Assembly (NCBI GenBank): GCA_013265495.1
Contig: MU058213.1
Span: 5,351,149-5,415,148, forward strand
Length of the DNA stretch: 64,000 nucleotides
Source: Vicugna vicugna
Taxonomy: Eukaryota
Reading direction: 5' to 3'
The notes beneath the pieces were generated by a model that saw only the letters and a program-made list of their open reading frames with translations, was not told where the DNA came from and made no database searches. This document shows, in pieces, positions 63,468-64,000 of this stretch. The first letter of the stretch is position 1; the number at the start of each line of letters is the position of its first letter. Position numbers and translations under genes: made by a program.

Positions 63468-64000
63468 GTAGGACTCAGGCATTTTGAAAGCCACTCCAAG
63501 GTCATCCAGATCAGATTCCTGTCTCTAACTCATCTTTTGTGATACAGCCGAGGTCAAAGCCACCGTACCAGGCACCATTATTCCGGGACAAATGGGAGCT
63601 TGATGTGGGTTATTTCACCTCCTAAGTCGACTCTTACAAAGCACTGTGAGTCTCCCTTGGCATCTGCCAGGCTCAACAGCAGAGTTAGGTGCTAGAAAGA
63701 AGAGTCACCTGGGACTGTGTTTCTGGGTGGATCTGATCCTGTTCAGGGTGCTCAGTGTCTGTCGCTGTAGGCAATGCACACAGCTCGCTGGACACTGGCA
63801 CCTTCCCAGACTTGGGAGCCGCCCCTTAGCCTATGTGTCAGCTGGCGCAGAAAGACTTCCACCTCCAGAAGGTCAAATAAGAAAAGGGCTGACAGCTGTC
63901 TTCTGAGAGGCTTTCCAATGTGGCAGTTACTCACTTAAGGACTTGACCGTGGTCCATGGTCTGACCTTTGGTCTTAGAGTAGACACACAGAGAACAACTG

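Noticed and set aside
46330..64000. Exons of neighbouring genes (LIPC and ALDH1A2 flank AQP9 in human)
   Set aside because: No ORF or exon with lipase or aldehyde-dehydrogenase similarity recognised; non-coding exons cannot be excluded

Overview
Mammalian genomic DNA, most likely camelid, judged from a Vic-1-like tRNA-derived SINE. There are no prokaryotic features. The left part holds coding exons 2-6 of aquaglyceroporin AQP9 (+ strand, all GT-AG, open frame, both NPA motifs); exon 1 lies upstream of the window. The rest is repeat-rich intergenic DNA. It includes a full-length 7.3-kb LINE-1 with intact ORF1/ORF2 and a perfect 15-bp TSD, inserted into an older 5'-inverted L1. There are also two 5'-truncated L1s of the young family, a solo ERV LTR, and MaLR, hAT, MIR and CR1 relics. 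Most notable: (1) the AQP9 pore filter looks remodelled (Asn at the ar/R position that is Cys213 in human AQP9; Asn61->Ile and Ser65->Pro around Phe64); (2) the L1 is potentially active and has an unusual 5' UTR, a long inter-ORF spacer and a 6-aa ORF2 deletion; (3) one SINE carries a 3'-transduced flank and a second A-tail. Comparisons with human AQP9 and repeat consensus sequences are from memory and need alignment. Boundaries of old repeats are approximate.
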